NCBI GenBank assembly: GCA_964057225.1
Contig: OZ059899.1
Span: 19,778,001-19,842,000 of the forward strand
Origin: Auanema rhodensis
Lineage: Eukaryota; Animalia; Nematoda
Direction of reading: 5' to 3'
Length of the DNA stretch: 64,000 nucleotides
The notes under the pieces were generated by a model. That model worked only from the letters and a program-made list of their open reading frames with translations. It was not told where the DNA came from and did not search any database. Within the stretch, counting starts at the first letter, position 1. Every line of letters starts with the position of its first letter. This document shows positions 51,430-64,000 of this stretch, piece after piece. The position numbers and the translations under genes are program-made.

Positions 51430-54400
51430 CGTTTGAAAAATGATGCATTAGTGTATGTTGAGTTTCCATGTACACTCAACATAGCTTCCAAAAACATTTT
51501 GACAAAAATTTTTCCGAAAAATTTCGAAAAAATTTCGCAAAAAGTAGATGTTTTTAGATTCCTTTTTTCAAGGCAAAGACGATGGACAATGTTATTCAAC
51601 GAAAAAATTATTTCTGCAGGGTGAAAATCGTGGATATAAGTGTGAACTTATATCAGTTGATATCTCGGTGCATTTTTAAGCTAGCGCAAATCTGATAACA
51701 CAGATCGACGCAGCTTGAAAATCCGCATCGAATGCACTATACTACATTGAGAAACGCTTAATACAAAAATTAGTTATTATCGTTTGAAAAAAGATGCATT
51801 AGTGTATGTTGAGTTTCCATGTACACTCAACATTGCTTCCAAAAACATTTTGACAAAAATTTTTCCGAAAAATTTCAAAATAATTTCGCAAAAAGTAGAT
51901 GTTTTTAGATTCCTTTTTTCACGGCAAAGACGATGGACAAAGTTATTCAACGAAAAAATTAATTCTGCAGGGTGAAAATCGAGGATATAAGTGTGAACTT
52001 ATATCAGTTGATATCTTGGTGCATTTTTAAGCTAGCGCAAATCTGATAACACAGATCGACGCAGCTTAAAAATCCGCATCGAATGCACTATACTACATTG
52101 AGAAACGCTTAATACAAAAATTAGTTATGATCGTTTGAAAAATGATGCATTAGTGTATGTTGAGTTTCCATGTACACTCAACATAGCTTCCAAAAACATT
52201 TTGACAAAAATTTTTCCGAAAAATTTCGAAAAAATTTCGCAAAAAGTAGATGTTTTTAGATTCCTTTTTTCAAGGCAAAGACGATGGACAATGTTATTTA
52301 ACGAAAAAATTATTTCTGCAGGGTGAAAATCGTGGATATAAGTGTGAACTTATATCAGTTGATATCTCGGTGCATTTTTAAGCTAGCGCAAATCTGATAA
52401 CACAGATCGACGCAGCTTGAAAATCCGCATCGAATGCACTATACAACATTGAGAAACGCTTGATACAAAAATTAGTTATGATCGTTTGAAAAATGATGCA
52501 TTAGTGTATGTTGAGTTTCCATGTACACTCAACATTGCTTCCAAAAACATTTTGACAAAAATTTTTCCGAAAAATTTCAAAATAATTTCGCAAAAAGTAG
52601 ATGTTTTTAGATTCCTTTTTTCACGGCAAAGACGATGGACAAAGTTATTCAACGAAAAAATTAATTCTGCAGGGTGAAAATCGAGGATATAAGTGTGAAC
52701 TTATATCAGTTGATATCTTGGTGCATTTTTAAGCTAGCGCAAATCTGATAACACAGATCGACGCAGCTTAAAAATCCGCATCGAATGCACTATACAACAT
52801 TGAGAAACGCTTAATACAAAAATTAGTTATGATCGTTTGAAAAATGATGCATTAGTGTATGTTGAGTTTCCATGTACACTCAACATTGCTTCCAAAAACA
52901 TTTTGACAAAAATTTTTCCAAAAAATTTCGAAAAAATTTCGCGAAAAGTAGATGTTTTTAGATTCCTTTTTCCAAGGCAAAGACGATGGACAATGTTATT
53001 CAACGAAAAAATTATTTCTGCAGGGTGAAAATCGAGGATATAAGTGTGAACTTATATCAGTTGATATCTCGGCGCATTTTTAAGCTAGCGCAAATCTGAT
53101 AACACAGATCGACGCAGCTTGAAAATCCGCATCGAATGCACTATACTACATTGAGAAACGCTTAATACAAAAATTAGTTATGATCGTTTGAAAAAAGATG
53201 CATTAGTGTATGTTGAGTTTCCATGTACACTCAACATTGCTTCCAAAAACATTTTGACAAAAATTTTTCCGAAAAATTTCAAAATAATTTCGCAAAAAGT
53301 AGATGTTTTTAGATTCCTTTTTTCACGGCAAAGACGATGGACAAAGTTATTCAACGAAAAAATTAATTCTGCAGGGTGAAAATCGAGGATATAAGTGTGA
53401 ACTTATATCAGTTGATATCTTGGTGCATTTTTAAGCTAGCGCAAATCTGATAACAAAGATCGACGCAGCTTAAAAATCCGCATCGAATGCACTATACTAC
53501 ATTGAGAAACGCTTAATACAAAAATTAGTTATGATCGTTTGAAAAATGATGCATTAGTGTATGTTGAGTTTCCATGTACACTCAACATAGCTTCCAAAAA
53601 CATTTTGACAAAAATTTTTCCGAAAAATTTCGAAAAAATTTCGCAAAAAGTAGATGTTTTTAGATTCCTTTTTTCAAGGCAAAGACGATGGACAATGTTA
53701 TTCAACGAAAAAATTATTTCTGCAGGGTGAAAATCGTGGATATAAGTGTGAACTTATATCAGTTGATATCTCGGTGCATTTTTAAGCTAGCGCAAATCTG
53801 ATAACACAGATCGACGCAGCTTAAAAATCCGCATCGAATGCACTATACTACATTGAGAAACGCTTGATACAAAAATTAGTTATGATCGTTTGAAAAATGA
53901 TGCATTAGTGTATGTTGAGTTTCCATGTACACTCAACATTGCTTCCAAAAACATTTTGACAAAAATTTTTCCGAAAAATTTCAAAATAATTTCGCAAAAA
54001 GTAGATGTTTTTAGATTCCTTTTTTCACGGCAAAGACGATGGACAAAGTTATTCAACGAAAAAATTAATTCTGCAGGGTGAAAATCGAGGATATAAGTGT
54101 GAACTTATATCAGTTGATATCTCGGTGCATTTTTAAGCTAGCGCAAATCTGATAACACAGATCGACGCAGCTTAAAAATCCGCATCGAATGCACTATACT
54201 ACATTGAGAAACGCTTGATACAAAAATTAGTTATGATCGTTTGAAAAATGATGCATTAGTGTATGTTGAGTTTCCATGTACACTCAACATTGCTTCCAAA
54301 AACATTTTGACAAAAATTTTTCCGAAAAATTTCAAAATAATTTCGCAAAAAGTAGATGTTTTTAGATTCCTTTTTTCACGGCAAAGACGATGGACAAAGT

Positions 54401-57400
54401 TATTCAACGAAAAAATTAATTCTGCAGGGTGAAAATCGAGGATATAAGTGTGAACTTATATCAGTTGATATCTCGGTGCATTTTTAAGCTAGCGCAAATC
54501 TGATAACACAGATCGACGCAGCTTAAAAATCCGCATCGAATGCACTATACTACTTTGAGAAACGCTCAATACAAAAATCAGTTATGATCGTTTGAAAAAT
54601 GATGCATTAGTGTATGTTGAGTTTCCATGTACACTCAACATTGCTTCCAAAAACATTTTGACAAAAATTTTTCCGAAAAATTTCAAAATAATTTCGCAAA
54701 AAGTAGATGTTTTTAGATTCCTTCTTTCAAGGCAAAGACGATGGACAATGTTATTCAACGAAAAAATTAATTCTGCAGGGTGAAAATCGAGGATATAAGT
54801 GTGAACTTATATCAGTTGATATCTCGGTGCATTTTTAAGCTAGCGCAAATCTGATAACACAGATCGACGCAGCTTAAAAATCCGCATCGAATGCACTATA
54901 CTACATTGAGAAACGCTTGATACAAAAATTAGTTATGATCGTTTGAAAAATGATGCATTAGTGTATGTTGAGTTTCCATGTACACTCAACATAGCTTCCA
55001 AAAACATTTTGACAAAAATTTTTCCGAAAAATTTCGAAAAAATTTCGCAAAAAGTAGATGTTTTTAGATTCCTTTTTTCAAGGCAAAGACGATGGACAAT
55101 GTTATTCAACGAAAAAATTATTTCTGCAGGGTGAAAATCGTGGATATAAGTGTGAACTTATATCAGTTGATATCTCGGTGCATTTTTAAGCTAGCGCAAA
55201 TCTGATAACACAGATCGACGCAGCTTGAAAATCCGCATCGAATGCACTATACTACATTGAGAAACGCTTAATACAAAAATTAGTTATGATCGTTTGAAAA
55301 AAGATGCATTAGTGTATGTTGAGTTTCCATGTACACTCAACATTGCTTCCAAAAACATTTTGACAAAAATTTTTCCGAAAAATTTCAAAATAATTTCGCA
55401 AAAAGTAGATGTTTTTAGATTCCTTTTTTCACGGCAAAGACGATGGACAAAGTTATTCAACGAAAAAATTAATTCTGCAGGGTGAAAATCGAGGATATAA
55501 GTGTGAACTTATATCAGTTGATATCTTGGTGCATTTTTAAGCTAGCGCAAATCTGATAACACAGATCGACGCAGCTTAAAAATCCGCATCGAATGCACTA
55601 TACTACATTGAGAAACGCTTAATACAAAAATTAGTTATGATCGTTTGAAAAATGATGCATTAGTGTATGTTGAGTTTCCATGTACACTCAACATAGCTTC
55701 CAAAAACATTTTGACAAAAATTTTTCCGAAAAATTTCGAAAAAATTTCGCAAAAAGTAGATGTTTTTAGATTCCTTTTTTCAAGGCAAAGACGATGGACA
55801 ATGTTATTTAACGAAAAAATTATTTCTGCAGGGTGAAAATCGTGGATATAAGTGTGAACTTATATCAGTTGATATCTCGGTGCATTTTTAAGCTAGCGCA
55901 AATCTGATAACACAGATCGACGCAGCTTGAAAATCCGCATCGAATGCACTATACAACATTGAGAAACGCTTGATACAAAAATTAGTTATGATCGTTTGAA
56001 AAATGATGCATTAGTGTATGTTGAGTTTCCATGTACACTCAACATTGCTTCCAAAAACATTTTGACAAAAATTTTTCCGAAAAATTTCAAAATAATTTCG
56101 CAAAAAGTAGATGTTTTTAGATTCCTTTTTTCACGGCAAAGACGATGGACAAAGTTATTCAACGAAAAAATTAATTCTGCAGGGTGAAAATCGAGGATAT
56201 AAGTGTGAACTTATATCAGTTGATATCTTGGTGCATTTTTAAGCTAGCGCAAATCTGATAACACAGATCGACGCAGCTTAAAAATCCGCATCGAATGCAC
56301 TATACAACATTGAGAAACGCTTAATACAAAAATTAGTTATGATCGTTTGAAAAATGATGCATTAGTGTATGTTGAGTTTCCATGTACACTCAACATTGCT
56401 TCCAAAAACATTTTGACAAAAATTTTTCCAAAAAATTTCGAAAAAATTTCGCGAAAAGTAGATGTTTTTAGATTCCTTTTTCCAAGGCAAAGACGATGGA
56501 CAATGTTATTCAACGAAAAAATTATTTCTGCAGGGTGAAAATCGAGGATATAAGTGTGAACTTATATCAGTTGATATCTCGGCGCATTTTTAAGCTAGCG
56601 CAAATCTGATAACACAGATCGACGCAGCTTGAAAATCCGCATCGAATGCACTATACTACATTGAGAAACGCTTAATACAAAAATTAGTTATGATCGTTTG
56701 AAAAAAGATGCATTAGTGTATGTTGAGTTTCCATGTACACTCAACATTGCTTCCAAAAACATTTTGACAAAAATTTTTCCGAAAAATTTCAAAATAATTT
56801 CGCAAAAAGTAGATGTTTTTAGATTCCTTTTTTCACGGCAAAGACGATGGACAAAGTTATTCAACGAAAAAATTAATTCTGCAGGGTGAAAATCGAGGAT
56901 ATAAGTGTGAACTTATATCAGTTGATATCTTGGTGCATTTTTAAGCTAGCGCAAATCTGATAACAAAGATCGACGCAGCTTAAAAATCCGCATCGAATGC
57001 ACTATACTACATTGAGAAACGCTTAATACAAAAATTAGTTATGATCGTTTGAAAAATGATGCATTAGTGTATGTTGAGTTTCCATGTACACTCAACATAG
57101 CTTCCAAAAACATTTTGACAAAAATTTTTCCGAAAAATTTCGAAAAAATTTCGCAAAAAGTAGATGTTTTTAGATTCCTTTTTTCAAGGCAAAGACGATG
57201 GACAATGTTATTCAACGAAAAAATTATTTCTGCAGGGTGAAAATCGTGGATATAAGTGTGAACTTATATCAGTTGATATCTCGGTGCATTTTTAAGCTAG
57301 CGCAAATCTGATAACACAGATCGACGCAGCTTAAAAATCCGCATCGAATGCACTATACTACATTGAGAAACGCTTGATACAAAAATTAGTTATGATCGTT

Positions 57401-60400
57401 TGAAAAATGATGCATTAGTGTATGTTGAGTTTCCATGTACACTCAACATTGCTTCCAAAAACATTTTGACAAAAATTTTTCCGAAAAATTTCAAAATAAT
57501 TTCGCAAAAAGTAGATGTTTTTAGATTCCTTTTTTCACGGCAAAGACGATGGACAAAGTTATTCAACGAAAAAATTAATTCTGCAGGGTGAAAATCGAGG
57601 ATATAAGTGTGAACTTATATCAGTTGATATCTCGGTGCATTTTTAAGCTAGCGCAAATCTGATAACACAGATCGACGCAGCTTAAAAATCCGCATCGAAT
57701 GCACTATACTACATTGAGAAACGCTTGATACAAAAATTAGTTATGATCGTTTGAAAAATGATGCATTAGTGTATGTTGAGTTTCCATGTACACTCAACAT
57801 TGCTTCCAAAAACATTTTGACAAAAATTTTTCCGAAAAATTTCAAAATAATTTCGCAAAAAGTAGATGTTTTTAGATTCCTTTTTTCACGGCAAAGACGA
57901 TGGACAAAGTTATTCAACGAAAAAATTAATTCTGCAGGGTGAAAATCGAGGATATAAGTGTGAACTTATATCAGTTGATATCTCGGTGCATTTTTAAGCT
58001 AGCGCAAATCTGATAACACAGATCGACGCAGCTTAAAAATCCGCATCGAATGCACTATACTACTTTGAGAAACGCTCAATACAAAAATCAGTTATGATCG
58101 TTTGAAAAATGATGCATTAGTGTATGTTGAGTTTCCATGTACACTCAACATTGCTTCCAAAAACATTTTGACAAAAATTTTTCCGAAAAATTTCAAAATA
58201 ATTTCGCAAAAAGTAGATGTTTTTAGATTCCTTCTTTCAAGGCAAAGACGATGGACAATGTTATTCAACGAAAAAATTAATTCTGCAGGGTGAAAATCGA
58301 GGATATAAGTGTGAACTTATATCAGTTGATATCTCGGTGCATTTTTAAGCTAGCGCAAATCTGATAACACAGATCGACGCAGCTTAAAAATCCGCATCGA
58401 ATGCACTATACTACATTGAGAAACGCTTGATACAAAAATTAGTTATGATCGTTTGAAAAATGATGCATTAGTGTATGTTGAGTTTCCATGTACACTCAAC
58501 ATAGCTTCCAAAAACATTTTGACAAAAATTTTTCCGAAAAATTTCGAAAAAATTTCGCAAAAAGTAGATGTTTTTAGATTCCTTTTTTCAAGGCAAAGAC
58601 GATGGACAATGTTATTCAACGAAAAAATTATTTCTGCAGGGTGAAAATCGTGGATATAAGTGTGAACTTATATCAGTTGATATCTCGGTGCATTTTTAAG
58701 CTAGCGCAAATCTGATAACACAGATCGACGCAGCTTGAAAATCCGCATCGAATGCACTATACTACATTGAGAAACGCTTAATACAAAAATTAGTTATGAT
58801 CGTTTGAAAAAAGATGCATTAGTGTATGTTGAGTTTCCATGTACACTCAACATTGCTTCCAAAAACATTTTGACAAAAATTTTTCCGAAAAATTTCAAAA
58901 TAATTTCGCAAAAAGTAGATGTTTTTAGATTCCTTTTTTCACGGCAAAGACGATGGACAAAGTTATTCAACGAAAAAATTAATTCTGCAGGGTGAAAATC
59001 GAGGATATAAGTGTGAACTTATATCAGTTGATATCTTGGTGCATTTTTAAGCTAGCGCAAATCTGATAACACAGATCGACGCAGCTTAAAAATCCGCATC
59101 GAATGCACTATACTACATTGAGAAACGCTTAATACAAAAATTAGTTATGATCGTTTGAAAAATGATGCATTAGTGTATGTTGAGTTTCCATGTACACTCA
59201 ACATAGCTTCCAAAAACATTTTGACAAAAATTTTTCCGAAAAATTTCGAAAAAATTTCGCAAAAAGTAGATGTTTTTAGATTCCTTTTTTCAAGGCAAAG
59301 ACGATGGACAATGTTATTCAACGAAAAAATTATTTCTGCAGGGTGAAAATCGTGGATATAAGTGTGAACTTATATCAGTTGATATCTCGGTGCATTTTTA
59401 AGCTAGCGCAAATCTGATAACACAGATCGACGCAGCTTGAAAATCCGCATCGAATGCACTATACAACATTGAGAAACGCTTAATACAAAAATTAGTTATG
59501 ATCGTTTGAAAAATGATGCATTAGTGTATGTTGAGTTTCCATGTACACTCAACATTGCTTCCAAAAACATTTTGACAAAAATTTTTCCAAAAAATTTCGA
59601 AAAAATTTCGCGAAAAGTAGATGTTTTTAGATTCCTTTTTCCAAGGCAAAGACGATGGACAATGTTATTCAACGAAAAAATTATTTCTGCAGGGTGAAAA
59701 TCGAGGATATAAGTGTGAACTTATATCAGTTGATATCTCGGTGCATTTTTAAGCTAGCGCAAATCTGATAACACAGATCGACGCAGCTTGAAAATCCGCA
59801 TCGAATGCACTATACTACATTGAGAAACGCTTAATACAAAAATTAGTTATGATCGTTTGAAAAAAGATGCATTAGTGTATGTTGAGTTTCCATGTACACT
59901 CAACATTGCTTCCAAAAACATTTTGACAAAAATTTTTCCGAAAAATTTCAAAATAATTTCGCAAAAAGTAGATGTTTTTAGATTCCTTTTTTCACGGCAA
60001 AGACGATGGACAAAGTTATTCAACGAAAAAATTAATTCTGCAGGGTGAAAATCGAGGATATAAGTGTGAACTTATATCAGTTGATATCTTGGTGCATTTT
60101 TAAGCTAGCGCAAATCTGATAACACAGATCGACGCAGCTTAAAAATCCGCATCGAATGCACTATACTACATTGAGAAACGCTTAATACAAAAATTAGTTA
60201 TGATCGTTTGAAAAATGATGCATTAGTGTATGTTGAGTTTCCATGTACACTCAACATAGCTTCCAAAAACATTTTGACAAAAATTTTTCCGAAAAATTTC
60301 GAAAAAATTTCGCAAAAAGTAGATGTTTTTAGATTCCTTTTTTCAAGGCAAAGACGATGGACAATGTTATTCAACGAAAAAATTATTTCTGCAGGGTGAA

Positions 60401-63400
60401 AATCGTGGATATAAGTGTGAACTTATATCAGTTGATATCTCGGTGCATTTTTAAGCTAGCGCAAATCTGATAACACAGATCGACGCAGCTTGAAAATCCG
60501 CATCGAATGCACTATACAACATTGAGAAACGCTTGATACAAAAATTAGTTATGATCGTTTGAAAAATGATGCATTAGTGTATGTTGAGTTTCCATGTACA
60601 CTCAACATTGCTTCCAAAAACATTTTGACAAAAATTTTTCCGAAAAATTTCAAAATAATTTCGCAAAAAGTAGATGTTTTTAGATTCCTTTTTTCACGGC
60701 AAAGACGATGGACAAAGTTATTCAACGAAAAAATTAATTCTGCAGGGTGAAAATCGAGGATATAAGTGTGAACTTATATCAGTTGATATCTTGGTGCATT
60801 TTTAAGCTAGCGCAAATCTGATAACACAGATCGACGCAGCTTAAAAATCCGCATCGAATGCACTATACAACATTGAGAAACGCTTAATACAAAAATTAGT
60901 TATGATCGTTTGAAAAATGATGCATTAGTGTATGTTGAGTTTCCATGTACACTCAACATTGCTTCCAAAAACATTTTGACAAAAATTTTTCCAAAAAATT
61001 TCGAAAAAATTTCGCGAAAAGTAGATGTTTTTAGATTCCTTTTTCCAAGGCAAAGACGATGGACAATGTTATTCAACGAAAAAATTATTTCTGCAGGGTG
61101 AAAATCGAGGATATAAGTGTGAACTTATATCAGTTGATATCTCGGCGCATTTTTAAGCTAGCGCAAATCTGATAACACAGATCGACGCAGCTTGAAAATC
61201 CGCATCGAATGCACTATACTACATTGAGAAACGCTTAATACAAAAATTAGTTATGATCGTTTGAAAAAAGATGCATTAGTGTATGTTGAGTTTCCATGTA
61301 CACTCAACATTGCTTCCAAAAACATTTTGACAAAAATTTTTCCGAAAAATTTCAAAATAATTTCGCAAAAAGTAGATGTTTTTAGATTCCTTTTTTCACG
61401 GCAAAGACGATGGACAAAGTTATTCAACGAAAAAATTAATTCTGCAGGGTGAAAATCGAGGATATAAGTGTGAACTTATATCAGTTGATATCTTGGTGCA
61501 TTTTTAAGCTAGCGCAAATCTGATAACAAAGATCGACGCAGCTTAAAAATCCGCATCGAATGCACTATACTACATTGAGAAACGCTTAATACAAAAATTA
61601 GTTATGATCGTTTGAAAAATGATGCATTAGTGTATGTTGAGTTTCCATGTACACTCAACATAGCTTCCAAAAACATTTTGACAAAAATTTTTCCGAAAAA
61701 TTTCGAAAAAATTTCGCAAAAAGTAGATGTTTTTAGATTCCTTTTTTCAAGGCAAAGACGATGGACAATGTTATTCAACGAAAAAATTATTTCTGCAGGG
61801 TGAAAATCGTGGATATAAGTGTGAACTTATATCAGTTGATATCTCGGTGCATTTTTAAGCTAGCGCAAATCTGATAACACAGATCGACGCAGCTTGAAAA
61901 TCCGCATCGAATGCACTATACAACATTGAGAAACGCTTAATACAAAAATTAGTTATGATCGTTTGAAAAATGATGCATTAGTGTATGTTGAGTTTCCATG
62001 TACACTCAACATTGCTTCCAAAAACATTTTGACAAAAATTTTTCCAAAAAATTTCGAGAAAATTTCGCGAAAAGTAGATGTTTTTAGATTCCTTTTTCCA
62101 AGGCAAAGACGATGGACAATGTTATTCAACGAAAAAATTATTTCTGCAGGGTGAAAATCGAGGATATAAGTGTGAACTTATATCAGTTGATATCTCGGTG
62201 CATTTTTAAGCTAGCGCAAATCTGATAACACAGATCGACGCAGCTTAAAAATCCGCATCGAATGCACTATACTACATTGAGAAACGCTTGATACAAAAAT
62301 TAGTTATGATCGTTTGAAAAATGATGCATTAGTGTATGTTGAGTTTCCATGTACACTCAACATTGCTTCCAAAAACATTTTGACAAAAATTTTTCCGAAA
62401 AATTTCAAAATAATTTCGCAAAAAGTAGATGTTTTTAGATTCCTTTTTTCACGGCAAAGACGATGGACAAAGTTATTCAACGAAAAAATTAATTCTGCAG
62501 GGTGAAAATCGAGGATATAAGTGTGAACTTATATCAGTTGATATCTCGGTGCATTTTTAAGCTAGCGCAAATCTGATAACACAGATCGACGCAGCTTAAA
62601 AATCCGCATCGAATGCACTATACTACATTGAGAAACGCTTGATACAAAAATTAGTTATGATCGTTTGAAAAATGATGCATTAGTGTATGTTGAGTTTCCA
62701 TGTACACTCAACATTGCTTCCAAAAACATTTTGACAAAAATTTTTCCGAAAAATTTCAAAATAATTTCGCAAAAAGTAGATGTTTTTAGATTCCTTTTTT
62801 CACGGCAAAGACGATGGACAAAGTTATTCAACGAAAAAATTAATTCTGCAGGGTGAAAATCGAGGATATAAGTGTGAACTTATATCAGTTGATATCTCGG
62901 TGCATTTTTAAGCTAGCGCAAATCTGATAACACAGATCGACGCAGCTTAAAAATCCGCATCGAATGCACTATACTACATTGAGAAACGCTCAATACAAAA
63001 ATCAGTTATGATCGTTTGAAAAATGATGCATTAGTGTATGTTGAGTTTCCATGTACACTCAACATTGCTTCCAAAAACATTTTGACAAAAATTTTTCCGA
63101 AAAATTTCAAAATAATTTCGCAAAAAGTAGAAGTTTTTAGATTCCTTCTTTCAAGGCAAAGACGATGGACAATGTTATTCAACGAAAAAATTAATTCTGC
63201 AGGGTGAAAATCGAGGATATAAGTGTGAACTTATATCAGTTGATATCTCGGTGCATTTTTAAGCTAGCGCAAATCTGATAACACAGATCGACGCAGCTTA
63301 AAAATCCGCATCGAATGCACTATACTACATTGAGAAACGCTTGATACAAAAATTAGTTATGATCGTTTGAAAAATGATGCATTAGTGTATGTTGAGTTTC

Positions 63401-63700
63401 CATGTACACTCAACATAGCTTCCAAAAACATTTTGACAAAAATTTTTCCGAAAAATTTCGAAAAAATTTCGCAAAAAGTAGATGTTTTTAGATTCCTTTT
63501 TTCAAGGCAAAGACGATGGACAATGTTATTCAACGAAAAAATTATTTCTGCAGGGTGAAAATCGTGGATATAAGTGTGAACTTATATCAGTTGATATCTC
63601 GGTGCATTTTTAAGATAGCGCAAATCTGATAACACAGATCGACGCAGCTTGAAAATCCGCATCGAATGCACTATACTACATTGAGAAACGCTTAATACAA
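51430..63700. repeat. 10-monomer (3510 bp) duplication followed by a rearranged third version
   Basis: TTATTTAAC lies near 52297 and 55807, TACTTTGAG near 54553 and 58063, and GGCGCA near 53071, 56581 and 61144. Confidence 0.88.
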
Positions 63701-64000
63701 AAATTAGTTATGATCGTTTGAAAAAAGATGCAGTAGTGTATGTTGAGTTTCCATGTACACTCAACATTGCTTCCAAAAACATTTTGATAAAAATTTTTCC
63801 GAAAAATTTCAAAATAATTTCGCAAAAAGTAGATGTTTTTAGATTCCTTTTTTCACGGCAAAGACGATGGACAAAGTTATTCAACGAAAAAATTAATTCT
63901 GCAGGGTGAAAATCGAGGATATAAGTGTGAACTTATATCAGTTGATATCTTGGTGCATTTTTAAGCTGGCGCAAATCTGATAACACAGATCGACGCAGCT

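Larger units (their letters stand above)
1..64000. repeat. Satellite DNA array of 351-bp monomers, about 182 head-to-tail copies in one orientation, running off both window edges
   Basis: Landmarks recur every 351 bp (ORF starts 188, 539, 890 ... 63718), with one 350-bp step (41957 to 42307). Monomers differ by only a few substitutions. No unique sequence or inversion was seen. Confidence 0.99.

Noticed and set aside
188-63909. Tandem gene array encoding a 63-aa basic peptide (MKKDALVYVEFPCT...)
   Set aside because: It starts with TTG, has no recognisable domain, and its K/F/I/N-rich composition reflects the A/T tracts. Amino-acid-changing variants outnumber silent ones by roughly 3:1, as expected under neutrality. 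The start is lost at 22652 (TTA) and the stop is lost at 20897 and 21599. The lack of internal stops is unsurprising with only a few dozen independent mutations. Ribo-seq or proteomics would be needed to revive the idea.
1-64000. CRISPR array, 5S rDNA/tRNA/snRNA tandem array, or repeat-protein gene
   Set aside because: There are no unique spacers, no recognisable 5S, tRNA or spliced-leader sequence, and no reading frame continues across monomers even though 351 is divisible by 3.

Overview
The whole 64 kb window is one uninterrupted, head-to-tail, single-orientation tandem array of an AT-rich 351-bp monomer (about 182 copies; about 32% GC by hand count of the first copy). This is satellite DNA, most plausibly (peri)centromeric heterochromatin of a eukaryote. 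CpG is not depleted, which fits an invertebrate with little CpG methylation, but I cannot name the species or satellite family. I see no genes, RNA genes, transposon insertions or CRISPR array. The ~180 63-aa ORFs are one chance TTG-started frame repeated in every monomer. The interpretable information lies at two scales. (1) Inside the monomer: several inverted repeats (including a perfect 9-bp stem with a GTGA loop and a ~50-nt multi-stem hairpin), an ~11-bp A/T-tract subrepeat, and a possible relic of an ancient ~160/190-bp dimer. (2) Along the array: a mosaic of short-lived, local higher-order repeats (2-, 3-, 4-, 5-, 7-, 9- and 10-mers) with mappable mid-monomer junctions and only one indel in 64 kb. 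I found no evidence of a novel coding system.
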